Below, in pieces: positions 40,272-52,121 of a stretch of 64,000 nt of DNA. The first letter of the stretch is position 1. Each line of letters opens with the position of its first letter. The stretch comes from Takakia lepidozioides (taxonomy: Eukaryota; Plantae; Bryophyta). Location of the stretch: assembly GCA_030704615.1 (NCBI GenBank), contig CM060731.1, forward strand, positions 20,770,001-20,834,000. The letters run 5' to 3'. The notes under the pieces were generated by a model, which was given only the letters and a program-made list of their open reading frames with translations, was not told the origin of the DNA and ran no database searches. Both the position numbers and the translations under genes were made by a program.

Positions 40272-43200
40272 ATATGTACACTAGTCATCACCTTGGCCCG
40301 AGAATCACCCATCAATGGCACATTCTCCAAGATATATGCCGGAGAGTCTGTCTGCTGAAGCTGTAAATAGCGCAGGACCCTCAACATCTCCCAAAACAGG
40401 CGTGACCTTGAGTCTTGTAACCCATTGCCATACCCAGCTGATGAAAGCCCTTGGTAGGGCCAATCTGCCACTACTAAATGAATAGGGCCAACCCGCTCCA
40501 AATCATGCGCCCCCAACAAAGAGATGTCTGCTGGCAAGGCTTGTTGGTATCCACGAACTGCAGACACTAGCAACAAATCAGGGTACTGCTGCACCAACTG
40601 AGCAACATGGCGCAGTGAGATGCGTCGTGCAGTCTCATCCCTCTCCACATATAGGTAACGTCGAACTCGTACACCTGCCTGCAGCACTGCAACTAATCCA
40701 GTGCTAATCCCGCCAAATAAGTCCAGAAGGCATATACCTTCATCCGGGCACTGCCACACAAGAGGTGTGGTGTCCAATGGCGACAACTGAGGTGGTCCTG
40801 GTGCAATCACCGCACTCTCCTCCTCTCCTGATGGTACAAAGGCCTCTACCCAGGCTTGTTGCACCCGTCTATCAGCAGCCTGCTGCAAATCCTTGCTCGT
40901 ACCCCACAATGGAGTATGAGCAACCATGGCAGGCAACTCCGTTGTACCATGCATGTCATCCTGCTCTGCTAGAGGTGGCACATCCTCTGCATGGGCATTG
41001 CCCTCCAGCAACTCTCCAGGCCAACTAACTGCAGCTATGAAGGCTACTAGTGTTGGCATCTTGTCCCGTTGGGCAGCAGCAACACCCCCAATGAACGTCA
41101 CATGGAGCTGTACACGACGACCATCCCCTGACTGCCATCTAGGCCTGTAGGATGCTGACTCATCCCAAAAATCCAGGGTGAAGCCCATGGGATACAACAC
41201 TGCCCCACCAACGAGGACATCGTAAGAGACAACATCTGTCACAATGGCCTTAGCTTGCATCACTGAGCCATCTATAGGATGATCCGGCTGTAGTCTAATG
41301 GTCAACTCACGCCGTGTCATGCCCTGAGCCTGCTCTGATCCTCCCAGAAATATCTGTATCTGGAAAGGACAAGGCTCCATATCCGCCTCCATGAGGCCCA
41401 AACCTTCAATAGCAGCTCTGCCCAACATCAGTGGCTGAGCTTCCGAGTCCAACAAGACCCGCAGTGGCCGGTACCTCTTGCCTGTCGGTCCACTCAAAGA
41501 GAAAATGCCATCCTGGTTGTCTAACAAGACAACTCCAGGTGTCACCATGGCGCGCTCAAAGGCTGGCCTAGCTGGCAGCTCTGTCAACCTGGCAGCTGCA
41601 GCTTGCCATGTCGCAGCCGAGGCAGTCTTGACCCTCAAATCCGAGGATCCCTCTGCCACTACACCTTCCACTAACTCCGCAGAAGATGAAGTGACCTCCC
41701 CACTATCACAGAGTGTTGCTGCTAGTTTGAACACTGCAGCTGGTCTTACCCCCGGCGTCGCGATCATGGTTGCCGAGAACAGTGGGGCCTGACACACAGA
41801 GGTGGCTGCCCCCAACAACACACTGGCTGCACTAGCCTTGGCAGCAGGTGTCAGTGCTGCACGTGTAGCTCTCCCCAATGACACAATAACGGCCTCTATA
41901 TCTGTCGGGCGAGAACTAGGTGCCATGGATGTCGTCGACACTATCTCTCCCAAGGTGAATGATTGAGGCAACCTAGTTTGACAGCTTGCCTCCCCACGCT
42001 GTGGATCTAACTCCACCTCTGCACCTCGTGGCTCAGGAACTCGTGCTGCTCCTCGAGTGACGGCTGCAGCAGACTCCACCTGCACTAGTGGTAGTGCTGC
42101 CCCACACATAAATCCCATGCCTCCCATGTCTCCTCCGTCAGGATGATGCTGCTGAGGAAGAACATGAGGTGAACCCTCAGGTCTTGGAGCTGGTACCACC
42201 TGAGCTGTGGCCATGGCAGCAAGCCTTTGCTCCAGTTGCTGAAGCCGGTTGGCCATGCCTTGGTCAACGCCCTGGCCTCCACGTCCTTGGCCATACTGTG
42301 CTTGCCCTCGTCCTACACCTTGTGCCTGACCACCTCGTCCTCTTTGAGGTGCTCCACCTTGCCCTCGGGCACCATTGTTCCCTTGGAACTGGCCTTGCCG
42401 CAACTCAGGGTGCAAGTCATAACACTGGGCATCTCCATGCCCATACTTGCCACAATGCCCACATTGCAACTGTGCGGGCTGTGCTAGTGCCGACCTTTTG
42501 CCACTCTCTGGGCAATCTTTCTTGATATGAGGACCTCCACATGTCCAACATACCACCCCTGGTTGCTGTTGGCCTGCAAAAGATGCTACTAGCCTCTGCA
42601 CCTGAGGTCCCCTATAAGCTCCATGAAATTTGGGTTGGGGAACCTTGCCCCCCTGACCACGCTGTTGGGCAGTCCCTTGTGCCTGTAGGCTGGTAGCTGC
42701 GCCTCGGTCAGGCATGTCCTTGCCAAATCCAATGGTAACAACTCGCTCCTCCACCATGTTGAGCTCAATCCGCTCAGCCAGCAGAAACACATCTGCTAAT
42801 GTGGGTTGGGCTGCTTGTAACAGGGTTGCATCCCGCACCCTTCTTGTCCAAAATTCCATACCAGAATTGGATTGCCTGAGCTTCAGTAACCCCTTGGGTC
42901 ACACTTATCAAGCGCCTCATACGAGTGTAGGCCTCTCGTAGGCTCTCATTGGATTTGCGCTGGAAGTCTTGCAAACTTCGCAGCTTCTCTGTCCGTACGC
43001 CTTGGTAGTTCGTCCGTAATTCCTGGAAGAACTCCACCACCGGGTTGAATCTAGGCACATGTGTTGTAGTCGTGGCAGGAGGAGTAGTATCACCTTTTGA
43101 ACTGGTACCACCTGCAGAAGTACCGGCACTACTTGTTCCACTACTAGTGCTGGCAGTGGGACATATTGGTGCTGATGCAGCTACTGGTCGCGTCGTGCCT

Positions 43201-43694
43201 CGAGTAATGGAGACGTAGTCAGGTGACCAATACATCCTCCACTCCTCAATCTCTGCTTCATGTCCTCGCCTAAACTTGTGGTAATCGTCCATAGGCGGGC
43301 CTTCCAAATGTTGGAACAGTTCCTTCCACGCCATGAATGGGGTGAACAGCTGTGGATTGCGCATCTGCTGCAAATCACACCAACTGTCGAACTCCTAGAT
43401 AAAGTCATCCAGCTCGATTGTGTCCATAGCTCTAGAGTACCTACGAGGCCCCTTGGTAGCTCCATACATCTCCTCCATGTCGTCCCACAACAATGGCGAA
43501 TGAAACTGCACACATGTTGATGAAGCCTCCGAGTCCGTGTCTGACTCTGCACTAGTTGATGGTGGAGGTGAAGGTAGTCTGAAACGAACACCTCGTCTAG
43601 TGAACCCACTCTCACTGCTACTGCCTGTAGCCGTACTCCCCTCAAAACCCTTGGGTAACTCCGTGATGACATTCACAACCCGCACCTCCCCCAC
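40272..43694 (-). pseudogene. Nested element gag-protease-C5-MTase (motifs I-VI)
   Basis: Gag: FQRKSNESLREAYTR and two CCHC knuckles (CWTCGGPHIKKDC, CGHCGKYGHGDAQC). Protease: VLLDSEAQ...DVLVG. MTase: LLDLFGG (I), YVERD (II), DI (III), VVADWPYQG (IV, degenerate), SRLF (V), YILENV (VI). Confidence 0.9.
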
Positions 43695-44214
43695 GTGACA
43701 CTATAAGGCTCTAGTACTAATTCTAATAGTGACACGGGTGAGCATCTGTTGCAGATTAAGGGTCATATCCCAGTGGCTAAGGGCACCTGCACCTGCATCC
43801 ACCGCAAGAACTCATATGGTTGGCTGGTCATCAATCCAACCTCACCATAGAAGAAACACTGGTGGTCTTGCTGGTCATCACTCCAGCCTCACCACCGACA
43901 GCATACTCTAGGATTGACCGGTGATCAAATCCGGCCTAATCCCTATGAAAGCAAGCGCCCATACAAAACCATCATGGCACACAGTCAAGCATGCAGGCGT
44001 TGGGGGGGATCCAAACACAAAAAATCAAAACATCAACACTCCCACACCAAAATCCATCTGCAGTGCTGATCCTGCAGAACATCCTAGCCCAAAAGCCCGG
44101 ACTGACTGGCCTCCACCAAGAGAGGCTTTGGCAACTACAAGTACAAAGTAATAAAAATAGTAAAAAGAGGGAGGGGAAGAATAGAGGCCCGACCAAGCAA
44201 GATCTAATCCTGAT

Positions 44215-45048
44215 CTATGCTATCAACTGCCAGACTTCTCTCAAAGTGCCTCGCTCTGCATGATGGTAAGGTGTAGGAGGTATATCTATGTCCAGAAACC
44301 TGTTACTAACCTTATCCCAAGCTACAGTAGCTCGCTCTAACCAACCCTCCTCCTCTTTCTGCCAGGTAGAGACAAAGCAATACTCCCCTATCTCCCGCTC
44401 ACTGAATACTAAGGAAAATAAAGGTAGGGTCTGACAGTCTCTCAACTCGAAAGCTTTGAGACGGTTGTGGGTGTCCCCATTGCGAATGACTGCATCTCGT
44501 TCAAGCAGAACAAACTTGTCATTGCTAACGAACCCCCGCTCGTGGTTGCCTTGTGCAGAGCGTGTCCGACTGCAACCATGTTTGATTGCAAAAATTTGTG
44601 TAGCTCCTGCTCCTCTGCTCCAGTACACCACGGCCTTGTGGCTGAACACCTTGGTCCCCGGGGCTGTCTTTGGCTGTGTTCCAAACCTAGCTTCCACCCA
44701 CTTTGGTATTTCACCTACACTTGCAGAACTGCTTGCTCCAACAGAGTTCTCACTGTCCAAAGCAATATTGAGGCCCTCAACGCCAAGTACTGCAGTTTGT
44801 TGTCTATTGCTAATGTCTGACTCCCAGTATGCAATCAACTCGTCCAACTGCTCTCCACTCAAATTAGTCTGAGTTCCTTGAGAAACATAAATCTTGTCCC
44901 CTTGTATGCACAGGCTAAGAGAAGAGACCTGCCCTTCAATTACGTCCTCATTTCCCCCAGCCATACAAGGAGGACATCCCCCAGATTTGTCTCTCATGTA
45001 GACCACAACAGGTTCTAGAAGCAGAATTGTGGATCTTTCATAGCACAC
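44215..45048 (-). CDS. Uninterrupted 277-aa ORF of unknown function upstream of gag in the nested element
   Basis: Open frame in the element's sense orientation; no recognisable domain. Confidence 0.5.
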   Translation of the reverse strand: MCYERSTILLLEPVVVYMRDKSGGCPPCMAGGNEDVIEGQVSSLSLCIQGDKIYVSQGTQTNLSGEQLDELIAYWESDISNRQQTAVLGVEGLNIALDSENSVGASSSASVGEIPKWVEARFGTQPKTAPGTKVFSHKAVVYWSRGAGATQIFAIKHGCSRTRSAQGNHERGFVSNDKFVLLERDAVIRNGDTHNRLKAFELRDCQTLPLFSLVFSEREIGEYCFVSTWQKEEEGWLERATVAWDKVSNRFLDIDIPPTPYHHAERGTLREVWQLIA

Positions 45049-45316
45049 TCACACTCAAAAAATTCCATAGATTTTTAGCAGAGTCCAAAAAACTAAAACC
45101 AGATAGGTAGATTTCCCCTTTCTACAGCTATCCCCCCAAAAACTGAGTCAAACGGAGTCCATTTGACAAAGATATGACCAATTAGGCTCTAAACCATTTA
45201 AATTAGATCAAAAGGGGTTCTCGCCATTAAAAACTGCTCCCAAGTCATCTACGAGTTCCCATGTAGTTCTCACATATTCCCTGGATTTCACCTACAGGTG
45301 TTTCAAACATACACTG

Positions 45317-47140
45317 GTGAACTGCTCTGCATCTCGCAAGCTGGCTGCTCAAGTCCATGGCCCACCTTGGATTAAAATTCGTAATGATTCCTCCCATGCA
45401 GCCAACGCTACTTCTATGGATGCTCCCGAAGAAGAAGATGCCGACGTCAGCGATATGCATCTGTCTGACAAGCAGTTCTTTGCAACAGAACAGGCATACC
45501 AAACCCGCTCGACATAGAATATGGCAATGGACAGGGTGGGCCACGACCCAAACACTCCTGCCGCACAATCTCCATTGGCGTCCAATCTGCACGTTCACCG
45601 GATGACCCTCCGCAATACCACGACCACACCACCTGCTGCTCCCCTGGCTGGTAGCTGCCCGAATAACAAACGTGCTTCTAGCACGATCAACAGTGATACG
45701 GGCAGCTCCCACTCTGACCCCATGAAGTAACAAGGAGTTGCTCCAGATCTATCACATATGCACCTCCAACTCATTTTCTACGCGCCAACTGTGGATGGGC
45801 TATCCTGCCCTCGAAAAACATGCCCATGATGCGCAATTGCCCTTCTTCACGGAAACAAGAACAACGGCAGAACTTCAGAAGTTGGGCCTTCGGGCCTCAG
45901 AAATTCACGAAATGCGCCACTGCCTCAAGGCCTTCCCTCACGTCCCACAACTATTCTTCCTTGTTGTGCGTCCTGATGGACACGAGGGACAATTTCTTCC
46001 GCTTACTCAACTACCAAAGGGCACTCCAATTGACCCGAACTCAGACCTATCTGCTACTCTATGTCACATCTTGATAAGGTTCGATAGCGATACTGACATG
46101 CCAAAAGAGGAAGCCCTTTATCGCGCCAAGAAGAGACTCGAAGAAATGCAAATCCCCCTGGGAACTGTCTTGTACAATCCAATCACGGCATTCACAAAAC
46201 ATGGAAACAAGATGTGGTATGGGTCAAAATCGAACTGCTATACCCTGCGACTGATGGCATCACGCTCTTGAAAGGCGACATGGCGTTCATCATGGAGATG
46301 GCCTCCGGGACCCCGGTGCAAGGAAAAGTAAAGAAAGCATACAACCTCCTCGCCACTACCGACTACCTCTCCCTGTACATGACGAGCGAGTCTCCAATGG
46401 TGCAATAAGCCTCCATCCCTTGTCATTGATCGATTGGTCAAGTTCGACCCGCACATCCACAGTCTGAACGGACCTGCTCCACCTGCCAAGGAGATTTTGG
46501 ATCGCTTGCGCGTAGCTAATATCAATGAGGCACTCGCCGACACCGTGAACTCTATCAGCATCAACGCAAATCCAAGCTCGAAACACGGCCAGGACCTGCT
46601 TATGCTTGAATCGACAAAAAATTAGCTCCACATGCCATTTCAATCAAAACCGACATATGGGGGGACTTAGCAGCTCTGGACAATAGGGTCGCCACCACCA
46701 TGGTGGCTCAGAAGGAGGAGTAGCACGCCTACCTAGTCTCTCTAAAGGACTCCATTACCGAGAACCTTGGCGCTAACCTCGCCAACTTCTACAATCACGC
46801 CAATGTGGTTCTCGCTAAGCTTCCCCCTCCCAACAGCTCGGCCACTCATCCCTTAGTGTTGGGAGATGCAAGCATGACACCGGAAGCAACGACGGGTGGA
46901 TACAGCCCACTTGCCCTGCTGGAATTCCATCACGCTGATCCCCTCGTCTGGGAATCACGAGCTCTGCGGCAAAACCATCCGCCACGGCCACGCTGACCCT
47001 CCTACCACCGCAACAGCCTGGTTTTGACACCAGAGACCCCACCACAACAGGATTACCTGCAGCGCACACTCCAAATGAGAATGTGTAGGCAACCCCTGCG
47101 AATGCTTCCACCAGCCTGAAACAAACGGGCATCCCTGGGG
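45317..47140 (+). pseudogene. Degenerate antisense ORF of unknown function in the nested element's 5' region
   Basis: Chain of protein-like fragments 45317-45730, 45738-46271, 46214-46625 and 46805-46996, linked by single stops or frameshifts. Confidence 0.5.
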
Positions 47141-47335
47141 CAATTATTGTTGGCTTTGAACTGCTGCAGCAACACTTCAAATGGTTTCCGCCTTCCTGTT
47201 CTGCTCCACTCGGCACACATAGCCAGTCTAACTTGCAGGCTCCCCGTGACCAAGCTATATTCTAATAGTGCTTAAAAACAAAAACATCATATCTAGCTTA
47301 GCACTAGAAAACTAGATAGATGATCTCTCTCGAGT

Positions 47336-47685
47336 GATTGAAACTAGATTCACACTGTTGACACAGAAACACTCAATACAACACAATCACTCATTAAAAC
47401 TAAGAGTTGAGCCAGGGGCACCCCAAGCTATGGGGACTCCACCCCACAACATCCTATTCTCCCTTCATAAGCACACTCAGATTCTAAGCAGAGAAGGAGC
47501 TCGGTCGTGCAGGCTCAACTCGAGAGAGATGAGCCGCACGACTGACGCTCTCGTGAAGATAAGATGGTTCAGGTGTCAAGCTAAACTTGACACCGGACTT
47601 AACACTTGAACTAAATCCAAGTGTTAAATACAAATAACTAGCTTTATTTCTAGTTAGTTTCACATTGTGTTTATTTAACTTGACA
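47336..47685 (-). repeat. Repeat A1, the 5' terminus of the nested element
   Basis: The minus strand begins TGTCAAGTTAAAT directly after host ...GAGGCTAA (TSD 47686-47689). It is not followed by B. Confidence 0.92.
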
Positions 47686-47689
47686 TTAG

Positions 47690-50600
47690 CCTCAACCAAC
47701 TTCTTGATCTCTTCCCCAACCTTCTGTGCATAGTTAGGATTCATCATGTACCTTGCCTGTTTAATTGGTACTGACCCTGGTTCCAGTTCAATCTTATGCT
47801 GGCAGATCTCAGGTGGTATCCCTTTCAGATCCTCATAGCTCCAAGCAAATACATCTTTGTATTTGATAAACAGACTCCTAGCTTCCTCAAAGAATTTTGG
47901 CTCCAAGTCAGCCCCTACTTTCACCATTCTTGGTTCCTCCTCAGTTCCCACATTCACTTCTCTCACCTGCTCTTCAGCTGTGATTGCCCATCCAGCTACT
48001 ACTTCATCCTGTAAATTCACAGTGGCTGGTTCTTCTAGGATTTCTATTTCTCCCTCTCTTTCCTCATAGAAATGTGGTGGGAAACTACTTGTTTCCCCCT
48101 CAATTAGTGTTGCTGTTACTGCACCACAGCAGATACATTTAAAACAACTCAGACCTCTCAGTTGCATTTCTGCAACCTGCTCCCATTCTGGGTGTGCAAC
48201 AAACATGGTAGCTTCCTGCACCTCATCAAGTCCTCCCCTCCAGTCGTACTCTCTGACTCCACGAGGTCTTCTGGTAGCAGATAGCATACTAGATTTCTTA
48301 GTGGTGACCTGTATCTTGTGCTTCCCATCATGCACAGTCAGTAATTGGGAATTCCAGTCATGGAATACCCTGGCCTGTTTCAACCTGGTCGACCCAGCAA
48401 TAAGGAGTAAGCTTCCATGACATCATCCATTTTCAACATAGTCACTGTGATCTTAAAGATCATCTTCTGAATCTGTATCTTAACTCCTCTTATCAAGCCT
48501 AATGGTTGTACACTCCTTTGATCTGCCATTGTTACTGTGAATGGGGTTGGTTTCATGTTACTTAGACCAAGCTTCTGCCTTAATTGGTCTTTCATAATAT
48601 TCACTCCTGAACCTCCATCTATCAGTACATCAGTCAAGTCTGTGCTTCCAATTCTCAATTGGATTACTGGCATAAAATCATCAAAGTCCATGACTGTTTC
48701 TCGCCCTTCAGGCTTCACATTATAACTTGTCACCTTGCTGCTCAGGTCTGTGTTCTCTGTCACATGAGTAATCTGATTGATTGCTTAAGACAGCCTGTGC
48801 CTACAATGAGGTGCCACAGCCAATAGCTGTCCAATGGTAATCTCAGCTTTGGACTGGCATATTACTTCAGCCAAAGTCCCTTCATTATCCTGCACCTGTG
48901 AAGCCTCTTGCTTCACTTCCTCTTCACCTTCTTCATCTTCTCTTTCAAAGTCAGAAGAATCTGCCATAGGGATATCAGTATTCTTCTGCATTTCCCTTAT
49001 GGTATCAGCCACATCCTTGTGCAGTTCCTTCTCATCTCTCCAAGCCTCATCATCTTCAGGCACATCACTGCCATCTTCATTAACATCTTCTTCCTCATCC
49101 ACTGGAGGTATTAGTTTAGCTTTGCTTCTGGTCACTATCATTGTACTTACTTCTGGTACAAAACATGGCCTAACCATGTGAACTGCCACCACTGGGCCTT
49201 CATTCATCTTCTTCCTCATCCACTGGAGGTATTAGTTTAGCTTTGCTTCTGGTCACTATCATTGTACTTACTTCTGGTACAAAACATGGCCTAACCATGT
49301 GAACTGCCACCACTGGGCCTTCATTCATCTTCTTCCTCATCCACTGGAGGTATTAGTTTAGCTTTGCTTCTGGTCACTATCATTGTACTTACTTCTGGTA
49401 CAAAACATGGCCTAACCATGTGAACTGCCACCACTGGGCCTTCATTCATCTTCTTCCTCATCCACTGGAGGTATTAGTTTAGCTTTGCTTCTGGTCACTA
49501 TCATTGTACTTACTTCTGGTACAAAACATGGCCTAACCATGTGAGCTGCCACCACTGGGCCTTCATTCACAGAAGCTCTCATCTCATTTTGGTGTCTGAT
49601 CCAGAATGGACAAGCTGCTTTGCGATGTCCTGCCTGGTTACAACAGTAACACAATTCTTCACCATTGGGTCCTTGCCCTTGGTCTGTTATGGGATTATTT
49701 CTATAATCTTGATTCCCTGGCTGGTAATTCCCCCTTGGATTACCCTGATAGTTGCCTCTGGGATTGCCTTGGTAATTCCCTCTTGGATTACCTCTCCCTG
49801 CCATACCATTATTATATCCACCAGGCCTACCATAGTGGTCTTGATCATTGTTTTTTCTTGGTTGGGGCTGCACTTGATGCACCCTCACTTGCCTAGGTTC
49901 TTTTGCAACTGTCCTTCTGTTGTAATAACAATTCTCAGTAGAATGGTTATCCATTTTACAGATAGTACAATGTTTCTCTTTCATGTGGCATTCAGCTGTG
50001 GTATGGCCTTCGTTCTGGCATTTTACACACCAAACACCTTTCCTCCAATGTGTTGCAGCCTCTCTGGCATATTTTTTCAAGATTTCTTCCAATCTTTTCT
50101 CATAGTTGTCCCTCTTCAACTTTTTCTTCTTCTTGCTCTTCCTCTTGAGCTCTTGCTCTTCTTCCTCCTCTGACTCATCTTCAGAGTCCTGAGCATTCCC
50201 AGTTGCTCAATTCTATTGGCTGTTTTGAATGCCTCTTCCACTATATTATGGGGTAGCATATCCACTTTCTTTTGTAATTTTGGTCTTAGTCCACTCACAA
50301 ACCAGGTCTTCTGTAACCCTGGTGTTGGTACAGCAGCCAGTTTTTTCATCATTAACTCCATCTTTTTCATGTACTCTTCAACAGTTTCATGCTTCTTTTG
50401 CCTTAACTGTTGTAAACTCCCATACACTTCATCCTCAGTTTTGCTTGTCCTGAACCTGTTTTGGAATGTCGTATTAAGGCCATTCCAGGTTAGGAAATGA
50501 TTATTAGGAAACCTTGCATACCATTCACTTGTTTTCTTGATAAGTGAACAAGGAAACAGTCTCATCTTGGCATCATTGCCATTCTCATAGTTCACAATAC

Positions 50601-51471
50601 ACATGTGCTCAAATTGGCTGATGTGTACATCAGGATCCCCTTTTCCTGCATATATTGGAAAATGTGGGTTTGCCCGTGTTGGAGGTACTGCCATCTGTGG
50701 CCCTACACCCTGCCCACTGACAGGTGCTGGTCCTCCTGTTGGTGCTGGTCCTTGAGGACCTGCTATTGTAGTGGTGGAACTCCCACCAAGTGTTGGCCCC
50801 TGAGCACTCCCTGCTACTGGCCCCTCTATACTTACAGTATCCCCAGCTCCAGTTGCACTACTTCCCATACTCCCTGTCCCCCCAAAGCCAGATCCAAGCT
50901 GCCCGCCTGATCCCCCTGAGTCGACACCTTTGTTGGCCTGTGATTCAAGTGCTCCACTTGATCCAGGTCCAACAGGTTGGGATGTCCTGGTTGTAGTCTT
51001 AACCTCAACTGTTGGGTCTACTTCTTCATACTCTTCATCTTCCAAATTCTTCTCTTTGTTTTCATCTTCCAAGTTCTTCTCTTGGATTTCCTCTTCTTCA
51101 CTCATATAACTCAACTGAAGTGGTGTTGGAGAGTCTGAACTCTCCGTTGGCTCTGCCACATTTTCCTCTCCTTCTTTGTCTTGTGATTCAGAAACTGGAG
51201 TTCCTGCTTTTGGTGTCCCATGCCAACTCTGATCAAAGATTTCTGTCAAATCTTTAATCCAGGGATGTACCTTAGATCTTTCCCCTCGTGGCTGATCTTC
51301 TTCCTGTATCAAATCCCTTAATCTTTCTTGTAAAGAATAAGAATGAGTGGCATCCAACTCTGGTTCTTCCGGTATGGGTGATGTACTCTTTGGTCTTAAT
51401 GGTGTGAGAGGTCCAGATGATTCCCCTATGTCTATTCCTCTCTCCCAAAGATATGGATAATTAGCTTTCAA
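47690..51471 (-). pseudogene. Host gag-protease-start of RT
   Basis: Gag: YAGKGDPDVHI, LRQKKHETVEEY and CCHC knuckles. Protease: VLIDGGSGVNI...LLLGRP. Pre-RT: YKDVFAWSYEDLKGI...HKIEL. Frameshifted. Confidence 0.92.
49084..49569. repeat. Tandem array, 4 x 121 bp, in host gag-PR region
   Basis: Units start at 49084, 49205, 49326 and 49447 and are nearly identical. Confidence 0.95.
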
Positions 51472-52101
51472 ATAACTTTATCTTTTCGCTGAATATCTGT
51501 GGAGTCTAGCTTCTCTTTCATCACTCATGTCCCATGAGGCAATAACCGAAACTCTTTTCTGTAGTATCTCTCGTATATGCCTGGATTTCTTTCAAGTTTT
51601 AATGCACCCTTGGCTATACTAGAAGACTCCGTTACCATATAACCATATGGCAAGCACGTCTAGAAAGTTGTTCTTGGTGTAAGTTTGATCCATAGGATAT
51701 CCTTAGGAATCCAATTCTTTACCAGTACAAGTTCTTCATGCATATGAGTGTAAACATTCACTTTCCGTTCCTCCCAGCTTTCAAACTCCACTCGTTTAAT
51801 GGATAACAATGCTATCACATAAACCAGTGTTGGTAACCAACTTGCTCTCCCTCCACAGGCCACTTGACAAATCTTTATCACTCCCTTCTCCAGACCCCAC
51901 TCAGGATCAGCATCATGCACTCTCTTAAGAATGTTTTCTTTGCAACCGTCTGGCAATTCCAAGAACCTCTGAAAGAATTGTTTGGACAATCTTTCTTTCT
52001 CAGTTCCACAGGGAATTTGATTCACATCAAATTCTTTGATTCTCCAACCACCATGATCCCACCAGATGCCTGTTACATCTGGTTGTTCTCGACTCAGTTC
52101 C

Positions 52102-52119
52102 TCCCCAGTATGGTCGCCA
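52102..52119 (-). promoter_or_regulatory. Primer-binding site (tRNA-Arg-like)
   Basis: TGGCGACCATACTGGGGA, 2 nt downstream of the 5' LTR; typical of Athila/Tat-group PBSs. Confidence 0.8.
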
Positions 52120-52121
52120 AA

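Larger units (their letters stand above)
33514..47685 (-). mobile_element. Nested methyltransferase/PHD-encoding Gypsy-type retroelement (own sequence 47685-40272 minus, then 33514-38177 plus; ~12 kb)
   Basis: TGTC...GACA termini with CTAA on both sides. Removing the element and one CTAA restores host RT ...KKLVEA-K-FIY. Confidence 0.9.

Noticed and set aside
40214-42859. 881-aa ORF as a complete protein
   Set aside because: The last ~18 residues are read-through into inverted host integrase, and the N-terminus is cut by a frameshift.
43700-47335. Tyrosine recombinase explaining the split repeats
   Set aside because: No R...HxxR...Y signature was recognised in these ORFs, and the element has a full DDE integrase and a TSD.
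47484-47685. C-terminus of the 299-aa ORF 47484-48383
   Set aside because: It is read-through from host pol into repeat A1.
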